DNA of 64,000 nucleotides from an uncultured Actinomycetota bacterium (GTDB lineage Bacteria; Actinomycetota; Acidimicrobiia; Spongiisociales; UBA4744): NCBI GenBank assembly GCA_963707435.1, contig CAVPPF010000005.1, positions 390,832 to 454,831 of the forward strand, read 5' to 3'. Shown piece by piece: positions 46,114 to 55,758 of this stretch (position 1 is its first letter; each line of letters starts with the position of its first letter). The notes under the pieces were generated by a model. It saw only the letters and a program-made list of their open reading frames with translations, ran no database searches and was not told where the DNA came from. The position numbers and the translations under genes were made by a program.

Positions 46114-46505
46114 GGGGTGGGCTGCTGCCAGAACATCGCCACGGCGCCCAGATGGCGGCCGCCCTGGCCTTCGACCGGAAAAGCGGTGATCGCCAGGACC
46201 CGCCAGACGTCATCAAGGCCCCTGACGCGGATCGTGTCGTGGCTCGGCACCCGCTCGACGAGAGCAACAACGATGGGCAGCTTCTCGTTCGGATAGGGGG
46301 TCCCGTCCAGCCCGGTCGTTTGGAAATGCTCGGCCAGCTGATCCGCATGGATCTCGCCCGCCTCCTCGAATCGCACTCCCAGCAGGCTTTCGGCAGGCTC
46401 GTTGTAGTAGAGGAGATTGCCCGCATCGTCGACCAGCCAGATAGGAATGGCGAGGTAGGAAGCCCACTGCTTCAGCAGAATGAGCTCAATGGGCTGCTGG
46501 GCCAA
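46110..46505 (-). CDS. Small PAS-domain protein
   Basis: 131-aa ORF. Its stop overlaps the start of the downstream MBL gene (operonic). PAS-like pattern (LVDDAGNLLYYNEPAESLLG). Confidence 0.45.
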   Translation of the reverse strand: MAQQPIELILLKQWASYLAIPIWLVDDAGNLLYYNEPAESLLGVRFEEAGEIHADQLAEHFQTTGLDGTPYPNEKLPIVVALVERVPSHDTIRVRGLDDVWRVLAITAFPVEGQGGRHLGAVAMFWQQPTP

Positions 46506-46572
46506 GTCTCCTCCCCGGTCAGATTCAGTTTTCCATCATGACGCATCACGGCCATCTCCGCACGCGGTTCTT

Positions 46573-48444
46573 TCAGGCGCCTCGCCGTACACCACCGGCC
46601 GCCCAGCCGGCGATGCGGTCGAGCCCACCTTCTTCCAAGACACGAACCGCATTGCGGTACCCGGCCTCGACCAGCCGGTCCACGGCCGAGAAATCGAGCA
46701 ATCCGACGTCGTCGACCTGAGGATGGAATACCACGTCGGCGCGCTGCTCCATCGCCTTCGACGACAACACGCTTCCCACCTCGGTTGTGCGGAGCAGGAT
46801 GTCGACGAGACCGGGGAGTTCCATAGCGGATGCAAACGGGTTGAAACGCCTGCCGAACACTTTCCACCCCGAGAGCACGCCATGCTGCGGCAGATCCTCG
46901 GACCGGAGCGAGAACTCGCCCCGCAAACTGACGGCCAGCACCGGCCCCTCGCCGTTCAACGACCTCATGACATCGACCGGCAGGTTGTTCATCACGGCCC
47001 CATCGACCAGCACATCGCCATCCCCCAGGTTGACCGGGGGAAACAGGCCGGGGATGGAGATGCTGGCTCGCACGGCTTGCCAGACCGGCCCGGTCGTATG
47101 GATCTGCAGGTGACCTTTGGTCAAGTTCGAAGAAACACAGAAGAAGCGATGCCAGAGATCTTCGATGGACAGGTCGCCAAAACCGTCACGCAACATGGAG
47201 ACGATTCGTTTGCCGCCGGTCAGCGCAGCGGCCGGGGCGGTCAGATCGATCGGACTTCCCCGATCGATGAGATACCGTTGCACCGCCGCCCGGATGGCGA
47301 TGGCATCGTCACCACGGGCCCGGAAAGCCGCCATCAGGGCACCAAAGCTGGCTCCCCCAATGACATCCACCGGAATGCGAGCTTCCTCGAAAGCCTGCAT
47401 GACACCGATGTGTGCCAAACCCCGCGCTCCCCCACCACTCAGGACGAGACCGACCGACCGACCGGAGAGCGATCGAGCCAAACGACCGAAGTCCTCGGAA
47501 GAGCCATCGCGAACATGGTGATGCGCTCCGGCCTCCCGGCCGCTCCGCCACCGGGCCGTCCCCGTCGGGGTGGCAGTGCCGGGCGGGTGGACGATGACGA
47601 GTTCGGTCGTCGCCCGGGCGTCCGACCGATCCCTGAATAGGCTCGATTCAATCTCCCCGACATCCGGAGAACTCTCCGCCCGGGCAACCAGCAACACTCG
47701 GTCTGCCTGGCGCAGACACCTTTCGGTCCAGGGGCTCAACCGGCGCCCGGCGACGTAGACGACCATGTCGTGAGCGGCTTCCTGCCGGTTCAGCCACGTG
47801 ACCAACTCGAAATCGGCGGGTGACCCCGGCAACGAACGAACATGATCCATGCCCAACTCGGCCTCGATCAACCCTGCGGAGATGGTCGCCACGGTGCCGC
47901 CGTCGCGCAAAGCATCCTCGAGTTGGACGGCGAACCCATCCAGCGATCCGTCGCCGCCGGCCGAAACGATGGCGAGCGAGCGGACCCGGCCCGCTGCGGA
48001 CCCGTGGTGTATCGACCTGGCAAGACGGGCAACCATCAGCTTGGCAATCTTCATCGTCACAGTCGGCTCTTCCCGGCCAACCTGCTGGAAGTCTTCCCGG
48101 GAGATTTCGAGGAGATGAGAATCCCGCACCGCCTTGACCGTCGCCGAATGCGGCTCATCGCTGAGCAGAGCCATCTCGCCGACCACTTCTCCGGCAGATA
48201 CCTCGCCGACCGCTGCTTGAGATCCATCGGGTTGAACCGCAAAGACCCGGAGGCGGCCGCTCACCACTGCATAGACCGCATCGCCGGGCCCGCCCTCGCG
48301 CATGAGCGTGGAACCGGCCCGCAGATGGACTGAAGCAGCCCGGGCTGCCAACGCCTTCCGGCTGGCTTCAGGAAGCCCGGCGAACAGGCCAATGCCTGAG
48401 AGCAGTTGCAGGGCATCGTTTGGCACGCCGATCGGTTCGCTCAA
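46573..48444 (-). CDS. Cyclic-nucleotide-binding domain plus patatin-like phospholipase (NTE-family protein)
   Basis: CAP-type cNMP-binding segment (GEVVGEMALL...). Patatin glycine-rich loop GLVLSGGGARG. Nucleophile elbow GASFG. Catalytic DGA/G motif (VDGAVMNN). Likely TTG start at 48444 after gaaaggggga. The track ORF's N-terminal extension looks non-coding. Confidence 0.7.
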   Translation of the reverse strand: MSEPIGVPNDALQLLSGIGLFAGLPEASRKALAARAASVHLRAGSTLMREGGPGDAVYAVVSGRLRVFAVQPDGSQAAVGEVSAGEVVGEMALLSDEPHSATVKAVRDSHLLEISREDFQQVGREEPTVTMKIAKLMVARLARSIHHGSAAGRVRSLAIVSAGGDGSLDGFAVQLEDALRDGGTVATISAGLIEAELGMDHVRSLPGSPADFELVTWLNRQEAAHDMVVYVAGRRLSPWTERCLRQADRVLLVARAESSPDVGEIESSLFRDRSDARATTELVIVHPPGTATPTGTARWRSGREAGAHHHVRDGSSEDFGRLARSLSGRSVGLVLSGGGARGLAHIGVMQAFEEARIPVDVIGGASFGALMAAFRARGDDAIAIRAAVQRYLIDRGSPIDLTAPAAALTGGKRIVSMLRDGFGDLSIEDLWHRFFCVSSNLTKGHLQIHTTGPVWQAVRASISIPGLFPPVNLGDGDVLVDGAVMNNLPVDVMRSLNGEGPVLAVSLRGEFSLRSEDLPQHGVLSGWKVFGRRFNPFASAMELPGLVDILLRTTEVGSVLSSKAMEQRADVVFHPQVDDVGLLDFSAVDRLVEAGYRNAVRVLEEGGLDRIAGWAAGGVRRGA

Positions 48445-48496
48445 CCGTTCCCCCTTTCGACGCCGCAATATAGGGAACAGGCGTGGACCGTGTCGC

Positions 48497-49327
48497 TCAG
48501 AACTCGATCTGCATACCCTCGAAGGCGGCATCGGTAGCCGGGAACTCCTCCCGGGCAGAGGCAACAATGGCGTCGATCTCCTCGTCCGACCGGTGCGGAT
48601 CGTGGCTGACCAGGACCAGCCGTTTCGCTCCCGTCTCGAGCGCCGCCTCGACGGCGTGATGACGGGTGCTGTGACCCCAGCCGACGTAGAAGACGGGATA
48701 CTCGTCCGGGGTGTACTGCGCGTCGTGAATGAGCACGTCGACTCCGGAGGCGAAGCTGTTCAGGGTCTCGTCGGAGGCCGGATCGCCCCGCTCGTAATCG
48801 GTGGCCAGGACAATCCTGCGGTCACCGTTGGCGACGCGAAAGGCGGTGACCCCCTGCGGATGGTGGAGGGTTGCCGTGTCGATCGTGAGCCCGCCTACCG
48901 AAAACGGAGCGTCGGCTACGTCAACGTACTCCTTCGCAGCAGCCGTCTCGAAGATCGAAACGGGGAACCAGGGGGGACGAAGCGCCCCCTCGACGGCCTC
49001 CCTGACCCCCATCCCGTTCCAGGCGTGGCCGTAGAACGTGAACCGGTTGCGATCGTCGTACAGCGGCGGGAAGAACAAGATCCCCTGGAGGTGGTCCCAG
49101 TGATAGTGGGTCAGGAAGACATGGAAGTCGATCCCGTCCGCCGGGATCACCAGATCCTGGGCGAGGGCGCTGATCCCCGTTCCCCCGTCGATGATGACCC
49201 GCACGTCGCTTCCGGTATCGATGTCGATGCAGAGGGTGCGGCCACCGTACTTGTCGGTGGTTGGTCCGGACACGGGCATGGACCCTCTGACTCCCCGAAA
49301 CGTGAGCGTGACCGGACGATTCGTCAT
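48497..49327 (-). CDS. MBL-fold metallo-hydrolase (second copy)
   Basis: VFLTHYHWDHLQGILFF motif. RBS ggaagg before ATG 49327. Confidence 0.6.
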   Translation of the reverse strand: MTNRPVTLTFRGVRGSMPVSGPTTDKYGGRTLCIDIDTGSDVRVIIDGGTGISALAQDLVIPADGIDFHVFLTHYHWDHLQGILFFPPLYDDRNRFTFYGHAWNGMGVREAVEGALRPPWFPVSIFETAAAKEYVDVADAPFSVGGLTIDTATLHHPQGVTAFRVANGDRRIVLATDYERGDPASDETLNSFASGVDVLIHDAQYTPDEYPVFYVGWGHSTRHHAVEAALETGAKRLVLVSHDPHRSDEEIDAIVASAREEFPATDAAFEGMQIEF

Positions 49328-49467
49328 TGCACCTTCCCAACCATCAACTACGGGGACGACACACTATCCCATCCAACCGCCTGTGGGTTCTGAATCTTCC
49401 CCGACATGGTCGGTCGGCGGCCGGTATCCTCGTCCCCCGGATCGCCCATCAGAGAGGAGGCTCATCG

Positions 49468-50670
49468 GTGAAGGTCACCGCTATCCGACCGCCGCACCTG
49501 CGCACCGCAGACGCTGCAGAAGAGCGCAAGGTCACCTGGACCGAGCTCTTCTACGACCTGGTGTTTGTTGTGGCGGTCGCCGGTCTGGGCGCCAGACTCC
49601 TCGAAGACCCCACCATTCGTGGAGCCGCGGTGTTCACCGGACTGTTTATTCCCGTCTGGTGGGCGTGGGTCGGTTTCACGTTCTATGCCGACCGCTACGA
49701 CACCGACGATCTCGGCCAGCGGATTCTGGCTGTTGCCCAGATGATCACGATCGCCCTTCTGGCCGCCAGCATCAACGGAGACAAGACTCAGTCGCTCGTC
49801 GGTTTCGCGCTCGCCTTCGTGGGAGCGCGGGCCATTCTCATCGTGATGTACCTGCGGGCGCGCCGCCACGTCCCGGAAACCCGCGACCTGGTCACCGGCT
49901 ATCTGCAGGGCATGTCGGTCGCCGTAGTCGTGTGGCTCGTATCGGTGTTCGTTCCCCCACCGTTCCGCTACATCCTCTGGGCCGCAGGACTCCTGATCGA
50001 CTTCTACAACGTCTACCGGGTCCGCCGCATCCAGGCCACCGTGCCGCTCGATGTCGCCCATCTCCCGGAGCGGTTCGGGTTGTTCACCATCCTGGTCCTG
50101 GGCGAGTCGATTGCGGCCGTGGTTGCCGGCCTCGGACATGAGGGCTGGGTAGCGGGACCTGCCGTGACCGCCGTCCTGTCGGTTGTGGTGGCGGCCGGGC
50201 TCTGGTGGGTGTATTTCGACAATCTCGACGGAACCGTCGTCCGGCGCCGGGCCGACCAGAGGAAGGCCTGGAAACCGACCGTCTGGATCTACGGCCACCT
50301 CCCGCTGGCCATCGGTCTGATGGCAACCGCGATCGGTCTGGAAGGGGCCGTCATCGGCGCCGGCGGACACGACTGGCCGGCCAACGAGCGCTGGCTGCTC
50401 ATCGCCGGGGTCGGAGGAGCACTGGTCGGCATGGCCATCATCGAGATTGCCACCGAACGACGGGACAACAACATCTCCCGCCTGAAAGCGCAGTTCCGTG
50501 TGGCGGGTGGACTCGCAAGCGTCATCATCGGCCTCCTGAGCGTTCTCACCGGCGCGCTCGGCACTATGGCATTGCTCGCCTTGCTCTGTGCCGCGCAAGT
50601 GGGTGGAGACGTATGGCTCAATGAGAAGGAATCCGCCAACGCCGCCGGCGTCAACATTCAGGACGACTGA
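49468..50670 (+). CDS. LtrA-family (low temperature requirement A-like) integral membrane protein
   Basis: GTG 49468 is preceded by agaggagg. TWTELFYDLVFVVA N-terminus. About 10 TM helices. Confidence 0.6.
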   Translation: MKVTAIRPPHLRTADAAEERKVTWTELFYDLVFVVAVAGLGARLLEDPTIRGAAVFTGLFIPVWWAWVGFTFYADRYDTDDLGQRILAVAQMITIALLAASINGDKTQSLVGFALAFVGARAILIVMYLRARRHVPETRDLVTGYLQGMSVAVVVWLVSVFVPPPFRYILWAAGLLIDFYNVYRVRRIQATVPLDVAHLPERFGLFTILVLGESIAAVVAGLGHEGWVAGPAVTAVLSVVVAAGLWWVYFDNLDGTVVRRRADQRKAWKPTVWIYGHLPLAIGLMATAIGLEGAVIGAGGHDWPANERWLLIAGVGGALVGMAIIEIATERRDNNISRLKAQFRVAGGLASVIIGLLSVLTGALGTMALLALLCAAQVGGDVWLNEKESANAAGVNIQDD

Positions 50671-51083
50671 GGCTCTCCGGTCTGCTGCCGGGCTCGGGAT
50701 TTCTCAACCAGAGCGATGACCTCGCGGCGGAGGCGATCCACGTCGTACGGTTTAGCCAGGAACGCATCCGGTTTCGTAACCGTCGACAGCTGCTGGGACT
50801 CGGCGCCTTCGTAGGCGGTGACGACCAGCACCGGCAGGTCGGCAGTTCGGGGGTCTTCCCGCAGGCGAGCCAGAACATCCCACCCGTGCATCTTGGGGAG
50901 CCGGATGTCCAGCACGGCGGCATCGAATGATTGCGCCTGAGCGGCTTCAAGTGCGCTCGGCCCATCATCGCAAGCCACCACGTCAAAGCCGATCCGCTCG
51001 AGGCTCAAAACCAGCAAACGGCGAGGGACGGCTTCGTCCTCGACAACCAGAATCTTGCCATACTGCGTTTCGGCGGCCGTCAC
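50658..51083 (-). CDS. Orphan single-domain response regulator (receiver), paralog of 25134..25520
   Basis: KILVVEDE...LDIRLP...PVLVVTAYEG...LAKPYDVD. A GTG start at 51083 after gaaggg is more plausible than the longer ORF reaching 51128. Confidence 0.6.
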   Translation of the reverse strand: MTAAETQYGKILVVEDEAVPRRLLVLSLERIGFDVVACDDGPSALEAAQAQSFDAAVLDIRLPKMHGWDVLARLREDPRTADLPVLVVTAYEGAESQQLSTVTKPDAFLAKPYDVDRLRREVIALVEKSRARQQTGEPQSS

Positions 51084-51208
51084 ATTGACCCTTCGAGAAT
51101 CGGGCGTTCCGGTTGACGCGTTGCGCAACCGTCCCCACCCTAGCTCGACCGGGGGATCCTCTCGACAATCTGGTGGGAGGATCCAGGCGCCGCGACAGCA
51201 CCGTATAG

Positions 51209-51892
51209 GTGATGACCATGCCCAACCGCACCGAGATCATCGAAGAACTGCGCAGCGTCGTGCTGGGACCGCGTCCGCTGGCCGACGCACTCCTGGCGCC
51301 CCTCGTCTTCGTGACTGCGTACGCCGTCGCCGGACTCACGGTCGCGGCAGTCGCTGCGGTGAGTTCGGGAATCGCCATCACCACCGTCCGGTTGCTTCGC
51401 AAGAGCACCGTACGTTTCGCCCTGGCGGGCCTGGGCGGGACGGGTGCCGCAGCCTCGTTTGCCGTCTGGTCGGGATCCGCTGAGGCCTTCTTCGTCCCCG
51501 GGATCGTGAGCGGAGTGCTCACCGCGCTCATCGCCCTCGTCTCGATTGTGGCCGGAAAGCCCATGGTGGCCTGGACGAGCATGCTGGTGCGGCGTTGGCC
51601 GGCCGGGTGGTACTGGCACCCACGCGTCAAGCCCGCATACGTGGAAATCACCTGGCTGTGGATGGCCTTCTTCGCCGGACGGTCGCTCCTACAGTGGAAC
51701 TTCGCCGCCCGCGGGGAGCTCGAAGCTCTGGCCGCAGTGCGATTGATCGGCGGCTGGCCGGCCCTGATCGTCCTGCTCGTCGTGACCTACGCCTACGGGG
51801 TCACCCGCCTGCAGCGGCTGGGTGGTCCATCGGTCGAGGAGTTCCGCACCGCCGCACCGCAGCCCTGGACCGGCCAGCAACGCGGTTTCTGA
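51209..51892 (+). CDS. DUF3159-family membrane protein
   Basis: Actinobacterial DUF3159-like four-TM pattern (LRSVVLGPRPLADALLAPLVFV...). Confidence 0.5.
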   Translation: MMTMPNRTEIIEELRSVVLGPRPLADALLAPLVFVTAYAVAGLTVAAVAAVSSGIAITTVRLLRKSTVRFALAGLGGTGAAASFAVWSGSAEAFFVPGIVSGVLTALIALVSIVAGKPMVAWTSMLVRRWPAGWYWHPRVKPAYVEITWLWMAFFAGRSLLQWNFAARGELEALAAVRLIGGWPALIVLLVVTYAYGVTRLQRLGGPSVEEFRTAAPQPWTGQQRGF

Positions 51893-51895
51893 TCG

Positions 51896-52345
51896 CTACC
51901 AGCCCGAAGTTCCCGGCCCACCCTTGATCGGTCCGACGATCTCGGACGTTATCCAGCCACCGTAGAAACTGCCTTCCTGCGGAACCACGGTCTCATCGTC
52001 CACCGAGCATCGATCTAGCTTGCCCGGATAGAAGGCAAGCATGCCCCGGAGCTGTTCGAATCCGGGCAGCGGATGCTCGTACGACCAGGCGGCATCGCGC
52101 ACCTCCTCATCTCCGATCACCAGATGCCAGTAGGAAGCGACACCCTTGAACTCGCAGGTCGTTCGACGCGAGGAGGCAACCAGCACACCGGCTGCCACCG
52201 CTTCCCGCGGGACGTAGTAGACGGGCGGATGGCTCGTCTCGAGCACGCGTGCCGCACGAACAGTGTCGACAATGGTCTCCCCTGCATGCTCTACACGGAT
52301 CCGGCGGGTGGAAGGTTCGACCCGCGGGGGCGCGGGTAATCCCAC
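51896..52345 (-). CDS. DUF427-domain protein
   Basis: RVRVEHAGETIVDT...HPPVYYVP matches the DUF427 consensus. Confidence 0.55.
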   Translation of the reverse strand: MGLPAPPRVEPSTRRIRVEHAGETIVDTVRAARVLETSHPPVYYVPREAVAAGVLVASSRRTTCEFKGVASYWHLVIGDEEVRDAAWSYEHPLPGFEQLRGMLAFYPGKLDRCSVDDETVVPQEGSFYGGWITSEIVGPIKGGPGTSGW

Positions 52346-52531
52346 ACGGACTCAGCCGGACGAGGGTTGTCTGTCATGCTGCTTGTACGGGGCAGTACGG
52401 CATTCAGATGACCGCGGCTGGTCTCGTTCGGACACCATCAACGCTATCGACCCGGCGGACGTGTGACGATCGCGGCCCAGCCGATCTGTGTGGGTTACCA
52501 TCCCCCAACGTCCGACCCAGGAAGGTGCTCC

Positions 52532-53548
52532 GTGTCCAGCCTCCGTTCCCGTGTGACCGGCCTCGGTTCCTTCCTCCCGCCCCGGATCGTGACCAACGAT
52601 GACCTGGCGCAGATGATGGACACGTCGGACGAGTGGATCGTGCAGCGAACCGGCATCAGAGAGCGCCGCTGGGTGGAAGGTCTCACGTCCACATCCGATC
52701 TGGCCCTCGAAGCATCAGCCCGGGCGCTGGATTCTGCCGGGCTGGCACCCGAGGACCTCGACATGATCTTCCTGGCCACCCTCAGCCCGGACCACTTCTT
52801 TCCCGGGTCGGGTGTCTATCTCCAAAACAAGCTGGGCATCGCCGGGACTCCCGCCATCGATGTGCGCCAGCAGTGCACCGGGTTCATCTATGCCCTATCG
52901 ATGGCCGACCAGTACATCCGAACGGGTACCGCAGGCAAGATCCTGGTGGTCGGAGCCGAGGTTCATTCCAAGGGTCTCGACAAGACCACCAGGGGACGCG
53001 ACATCACCGTGCTGTTCGGAGACGGAGCAGGCGCCGTGGTGCTCGAAGCAACCGAAGTCGAGGATCCCCGGTCCAATTCCCATCTGCTCTCGACCCATCT
53101 GTATGCGGACGGCGCCTACGCGGAGGAGCTCTGGGTGCCGGGCGTGAGCACCGCCTACGACGAGGAGATCATCGACCGGCGCATGCTGGACCGGGGAGAT
53201 CAGTACCCCAAGATGAACGGACGTCACGTGTTCGTCCATGCGGTGACGAGGATGCCCGAGGCGGTAACGGCTGCGCTCGAGCAGAACAGCTATGACGTTG
53301 ACGATATCGACCTGTTCGTGTTCCACCAGGCCAACCTCCGCATCAACGAGGCCGTCGCCCACCGGCTCGGCGCACCGGACGAGAAGGTCTTCAACACCAT
53401 CGAGAAGTACGCCAACACGACGGCGGCCACCATTCCCATCGGGCTCGATGAAGCGGTCAAGGCGGGTGAGCTGAAACCGGGCATGCTGGTAGCCATGGCC
53501 GCTTTCGGCAGCGGCTTCACCTGGGGTTCGGCCCTGCTGCGCTGGTAG
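52532..53548 (+). CDS. fabH: 3-oxoacyl-ACP synthase III (KAS III)
   Basis: GTG 52532 after aggaagg. Active-site Cys region VRQQCTGFIYAL. His/Asn region FVFHQANLRI...GNTTAAT. C-terminal AFGSGFTWG. Confidence 0.8.
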   Translation: MSSLRSRVTGLGSFLPPRIVTNDDLAQMMDTSDEWIVQRTGIRERRWVEGLTSTSDLALEASARALDSAGLAPEDLDMIFLATLSPDHFFPGSGVYLQNKLGIAGTPAIDVRQQCTGFIYALSMADQYIRTGTAGKILVVGAEVHSKGLDKTTRGRDITVLFGDGAGAVVLEATEVEDPRSNSHLLSTHLYADGAYAEELWVPGVSTAYDEEIIDRRMLDRGDQYPKMNGRHVFVHAVTRMPEAVTAALEQNSYDVDDIDLFVFHQANLRINEAVAHRLGAPDEKVFNTIEKYANTTAATIPIGLDEAVKAGELKPGMLVAMAAFGSGFTWGSALLRW

Positions 53549-53666
53549 CGGCGTAGGGGCAGACGGCCGGACCAAATGGTCTTTTCGCCGGTTCACGGGC
53601 ACCTCAGATTCCGGTAGGTTCGAGACGATAGATCTCCGCGTGCCAACCCGAAGGGGGCAGAGCGCC

Positions 53667-54137
53667 ATGTCCACCCCACCCGAATTCGGCAGCAACCCAG
53701 AGAGCGAGCTGGTGCCGCCACCGTACGAACCATCGCAAGGTCCTGCCCAGACCACCGGTCAGCCCATTCTGCGGCGGAGCCGCACCGACAAAGTGGTTGC
53801 CGGAGTCGCCGGAGGCCTGGGCCGATACCTCGGCATCGATCCGGTGATCCTCAGGGTTGCCTTCGTGGTGCTGACCCTGGCCGGACTGGCCGGCATCCTG
53901 GTCTACATCATCGGCTGGATCGCCATCCCGGAAGAGCAGCCGGGCGAGGAGGTCGGCCGGGCCGAGCATTCGAGCGGCAACACCGCCCGGATGGTGGTCG
54001 GCGGCCTCTTGATCCTGGTCGGCGGCGCCGCCCTGTTCGACAACCTGATCCCGGACCTCAGCAAGTACTTCTGGCCGGCAGCCATCATCCTGCTCGGGGC
54101 CGGAGTCCTGTTCGGCGGCATCGGGAGACGATCATGA
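53667..54137 (+). CDS. pspC: PspC-domain membrane protein
   Basis: RSRTDKVVAGVAGGLGRYLGIDPVILRVAFVVL is the PspC signature. ATG 53667 after aagggggcag. Confidence 0.65.
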   Translation: MSTPPEFGSNPESELVPPPYEPSQGPAQTTGQPILRRSRTDKVVAGVAGGLGRYLGIDPVILRVAFVVLTLAGLAGILVYIIGWIAIPEEQPGEEVGRAEHSSGNTARMVVGGLLILVGGAALFDNLIPDLSKYFWPAAIILLGAGVLFGGIGRRS

Positions 54138-54766
54138 CTCCTCCCAATACCCAAACCGCACCCCGGACCAACAGCGCCCGGATCATCGTGGGGGCCCTGA
54201 TCCTGCTGATCGGTGTGGCGTGGATGCTGGAGATCGCCGGGGCCGTCGACGAGATCCCCTGGTCGTATCTCCTGCCCGCCGCCGTGATCGTTATCGGCGT
54301 CGGACTCATCGCCGATTCGCGAGGGCCCACCCACGGCGGATTGGTATTCCTGGGGATCGTGTTGACACTGTTCCTGCTCATCGACGTCTCGGTGTCGTCC
54401 TTCAATTTCACGACCGGCGACACGGTGATCGGACCTTCGAGCCATAGCCCCGCCACCGTGGACGACCTCGAGGACTACGGCATCTTCGCCGGTGAGTTGA
54501 CCGTGGATCTGACCGGCGTCGAGTTCCCGGTCGGCGAGACCGAAGTCAATGCCAGCGCCTTTGCGGGCAGCGTGAAGATCATCGTGCCCGCCGGGGTGAC
54601 CGTCGAGTTGAACGCCGGAACGTTCGCAGGCGAGATCCGGGCCCTCGGGAAACGGAGCGAAGGGCTGGGCCCGAGACTCGACGAGACCTTCCCCGGTACC
54701 GATGCCGGAAGGGTTCTCGTGCTCGACGTGACCACATTCGCGGGAGAGATCGAGGTGACGCGATGA
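54134..54766 (+). CDS. LiaF-like (DUF2154) membrane protein. Its start overlaps the pspC stop (ATGA).
   Basis: N-terminal TM helices and a C-terminal beta-rich domain with a repeated VxxxAGxV pattern. Confidence 0.5.
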   Translation: MTPPNTQTAPRTNSARIIVGALILLIGVAWMLEIAGAVDEIPWSYLLPAAVIVIGVGLIADSRGPTHGGLVFLGIVLTLFLLIDVSVSSFNFTTGDTVIGPSSHSPATVDDLEDYGIFAGELTVDLTGVEFPVGETEVNASAFAGSVKIIVPAGVTVELNAGTFAGEIRALGKRSEGLGPRLDETFPGTDAGRVLVLDVTTFAGEIEVTR

Positions 54767-54957
54767 ACGACCAACCCGTCAACCGTGGCTCCGTCGTCGC
54801 AGGCGTGGTCTTCATCCTGATCGGCACGGCCTTCCTGCTGCAGGAACTGGACCTCTGGCAGCTCAGAGCCGTCTACGTGTTCCCGGTGCTGCTCATAGCG
54901 ATGGGCATCGCCGTCATCCTCGGAGGAACCAACCGGGACAAACCCACCAACCAGTAG
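54763..54957 (+). CDS. Small two-TM membrane protein, translationally coupled to 54134..54766 (ATGA overlap)
   Basis: 64-aa ORF with two hydrophobic helices. Confidence 0.45.
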   Translation: MNDQPVNRGSVVAGVVFILIGTAFLLQELDLWQLRAVYVFPVLLIAMGIAVILGGTNRDKPTNQ

Positions 54958-54981
54958 CCGGCCCCCTCCTAGAGTCCTCGT

Positions 54982-55740
54982 ATGGCTCCCGGTCCGTTTG
55001 CCCGTTTCTTGTCCCGCCTCTCGGTCCGAGATACCGGTGAACCCGCTTCTTCGAATCGAGCCTCCTCGTTCCATCTGATCTGGACGCTTCCGGGGGTTCC
55101 GCTCGACGAAGTGTCCGCCACGTTTGAGCTGTTGACAGAACCGGCGGTACCCCGGCTCTACTTCTGGGCACTGCAGGTCAGTTTCGGGGAGGAGCACGGG
55201 ATCGAGGGCGGGGGCGCGCATCTTGGCCTGCAGTGGCATCCGTCCTATCCGGACAACCGGGCGGTGAATTGGGGCGGCTACGGGGAATCCGGCGAGCTGG
55301 AAGGCTCGGCTTCGTTACTCCCGAGCACGCTGGGGAATGTCAACACCCGCGACTACCCGTGGGAGACGGGCGTGCCGTACCGGTTCACCATTTCCGCAGC
55401 AGAACCCGGACGGTGGAGAGGGACCGTGACCAACCTCGCAACGTCCGAGCCCACCATCGTCCGTGACCTGTTCTCGGCAGGCACCCATCTCGCCGGGGTC
55501 ATGGTCTGGACCGAAGCCTTCTGCCGGTGCGACCACCCGCCGGTTGCCGCCCGATGGAGCGAGTTCCGGGCGAGAGCGGGGACCGCCGACATCCCCATCG
55601 AAAGCGCCCGAGTCAACTATCAGGGTCTCACCCAGGGCGGGTGCACGAACACCACCGTCCACCGGGACGGGCACGGTTTCGTGCAGATCACCAATGCGCC
55701 GCGTGACGTTCCGCAGGGCCGCGTCATTCCGGTCGTCTGA
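54982..55740 (+). CDS. Hypothetical protein (252 aa)
   Basis: ORF only. Confidence 0.4.
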   Translation: MAPGPFARFLSRLSVRDTGEPASSNRASSFHLIWTLPGVPLDEVSATFELLTEPAVPRLYFWALQVSFGEEHGIEGGGAHLGLQWHPSYPDNRAVNWGGYGESGELEGSASLLPSTLGNVNTRDYPWETGVPYRFTISAAEPGRWRGTVTNLATSEPTIVRDLFSAGTHLAGVMVWTEAFCRCDHPPVAARWSEFRARAGTADIPIESARVNYQGLTQGGCTNTTVHRDGHGFVQITNAPRDVPQGRVIPVV

Positions 55741-55758
55741 GCCCCGGGAAGGGCTTGC

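Noticed and set aside
48445-48567. N-terminal extension (MLPLPGRSSRL...) of the cNMP-patatin ORF
   Set aside because: It is a low-complexity translation of the intergenic region. A TTG at 48444 preceded by gaaaggggga gives a protein starting just before the cNMP-binding domain.
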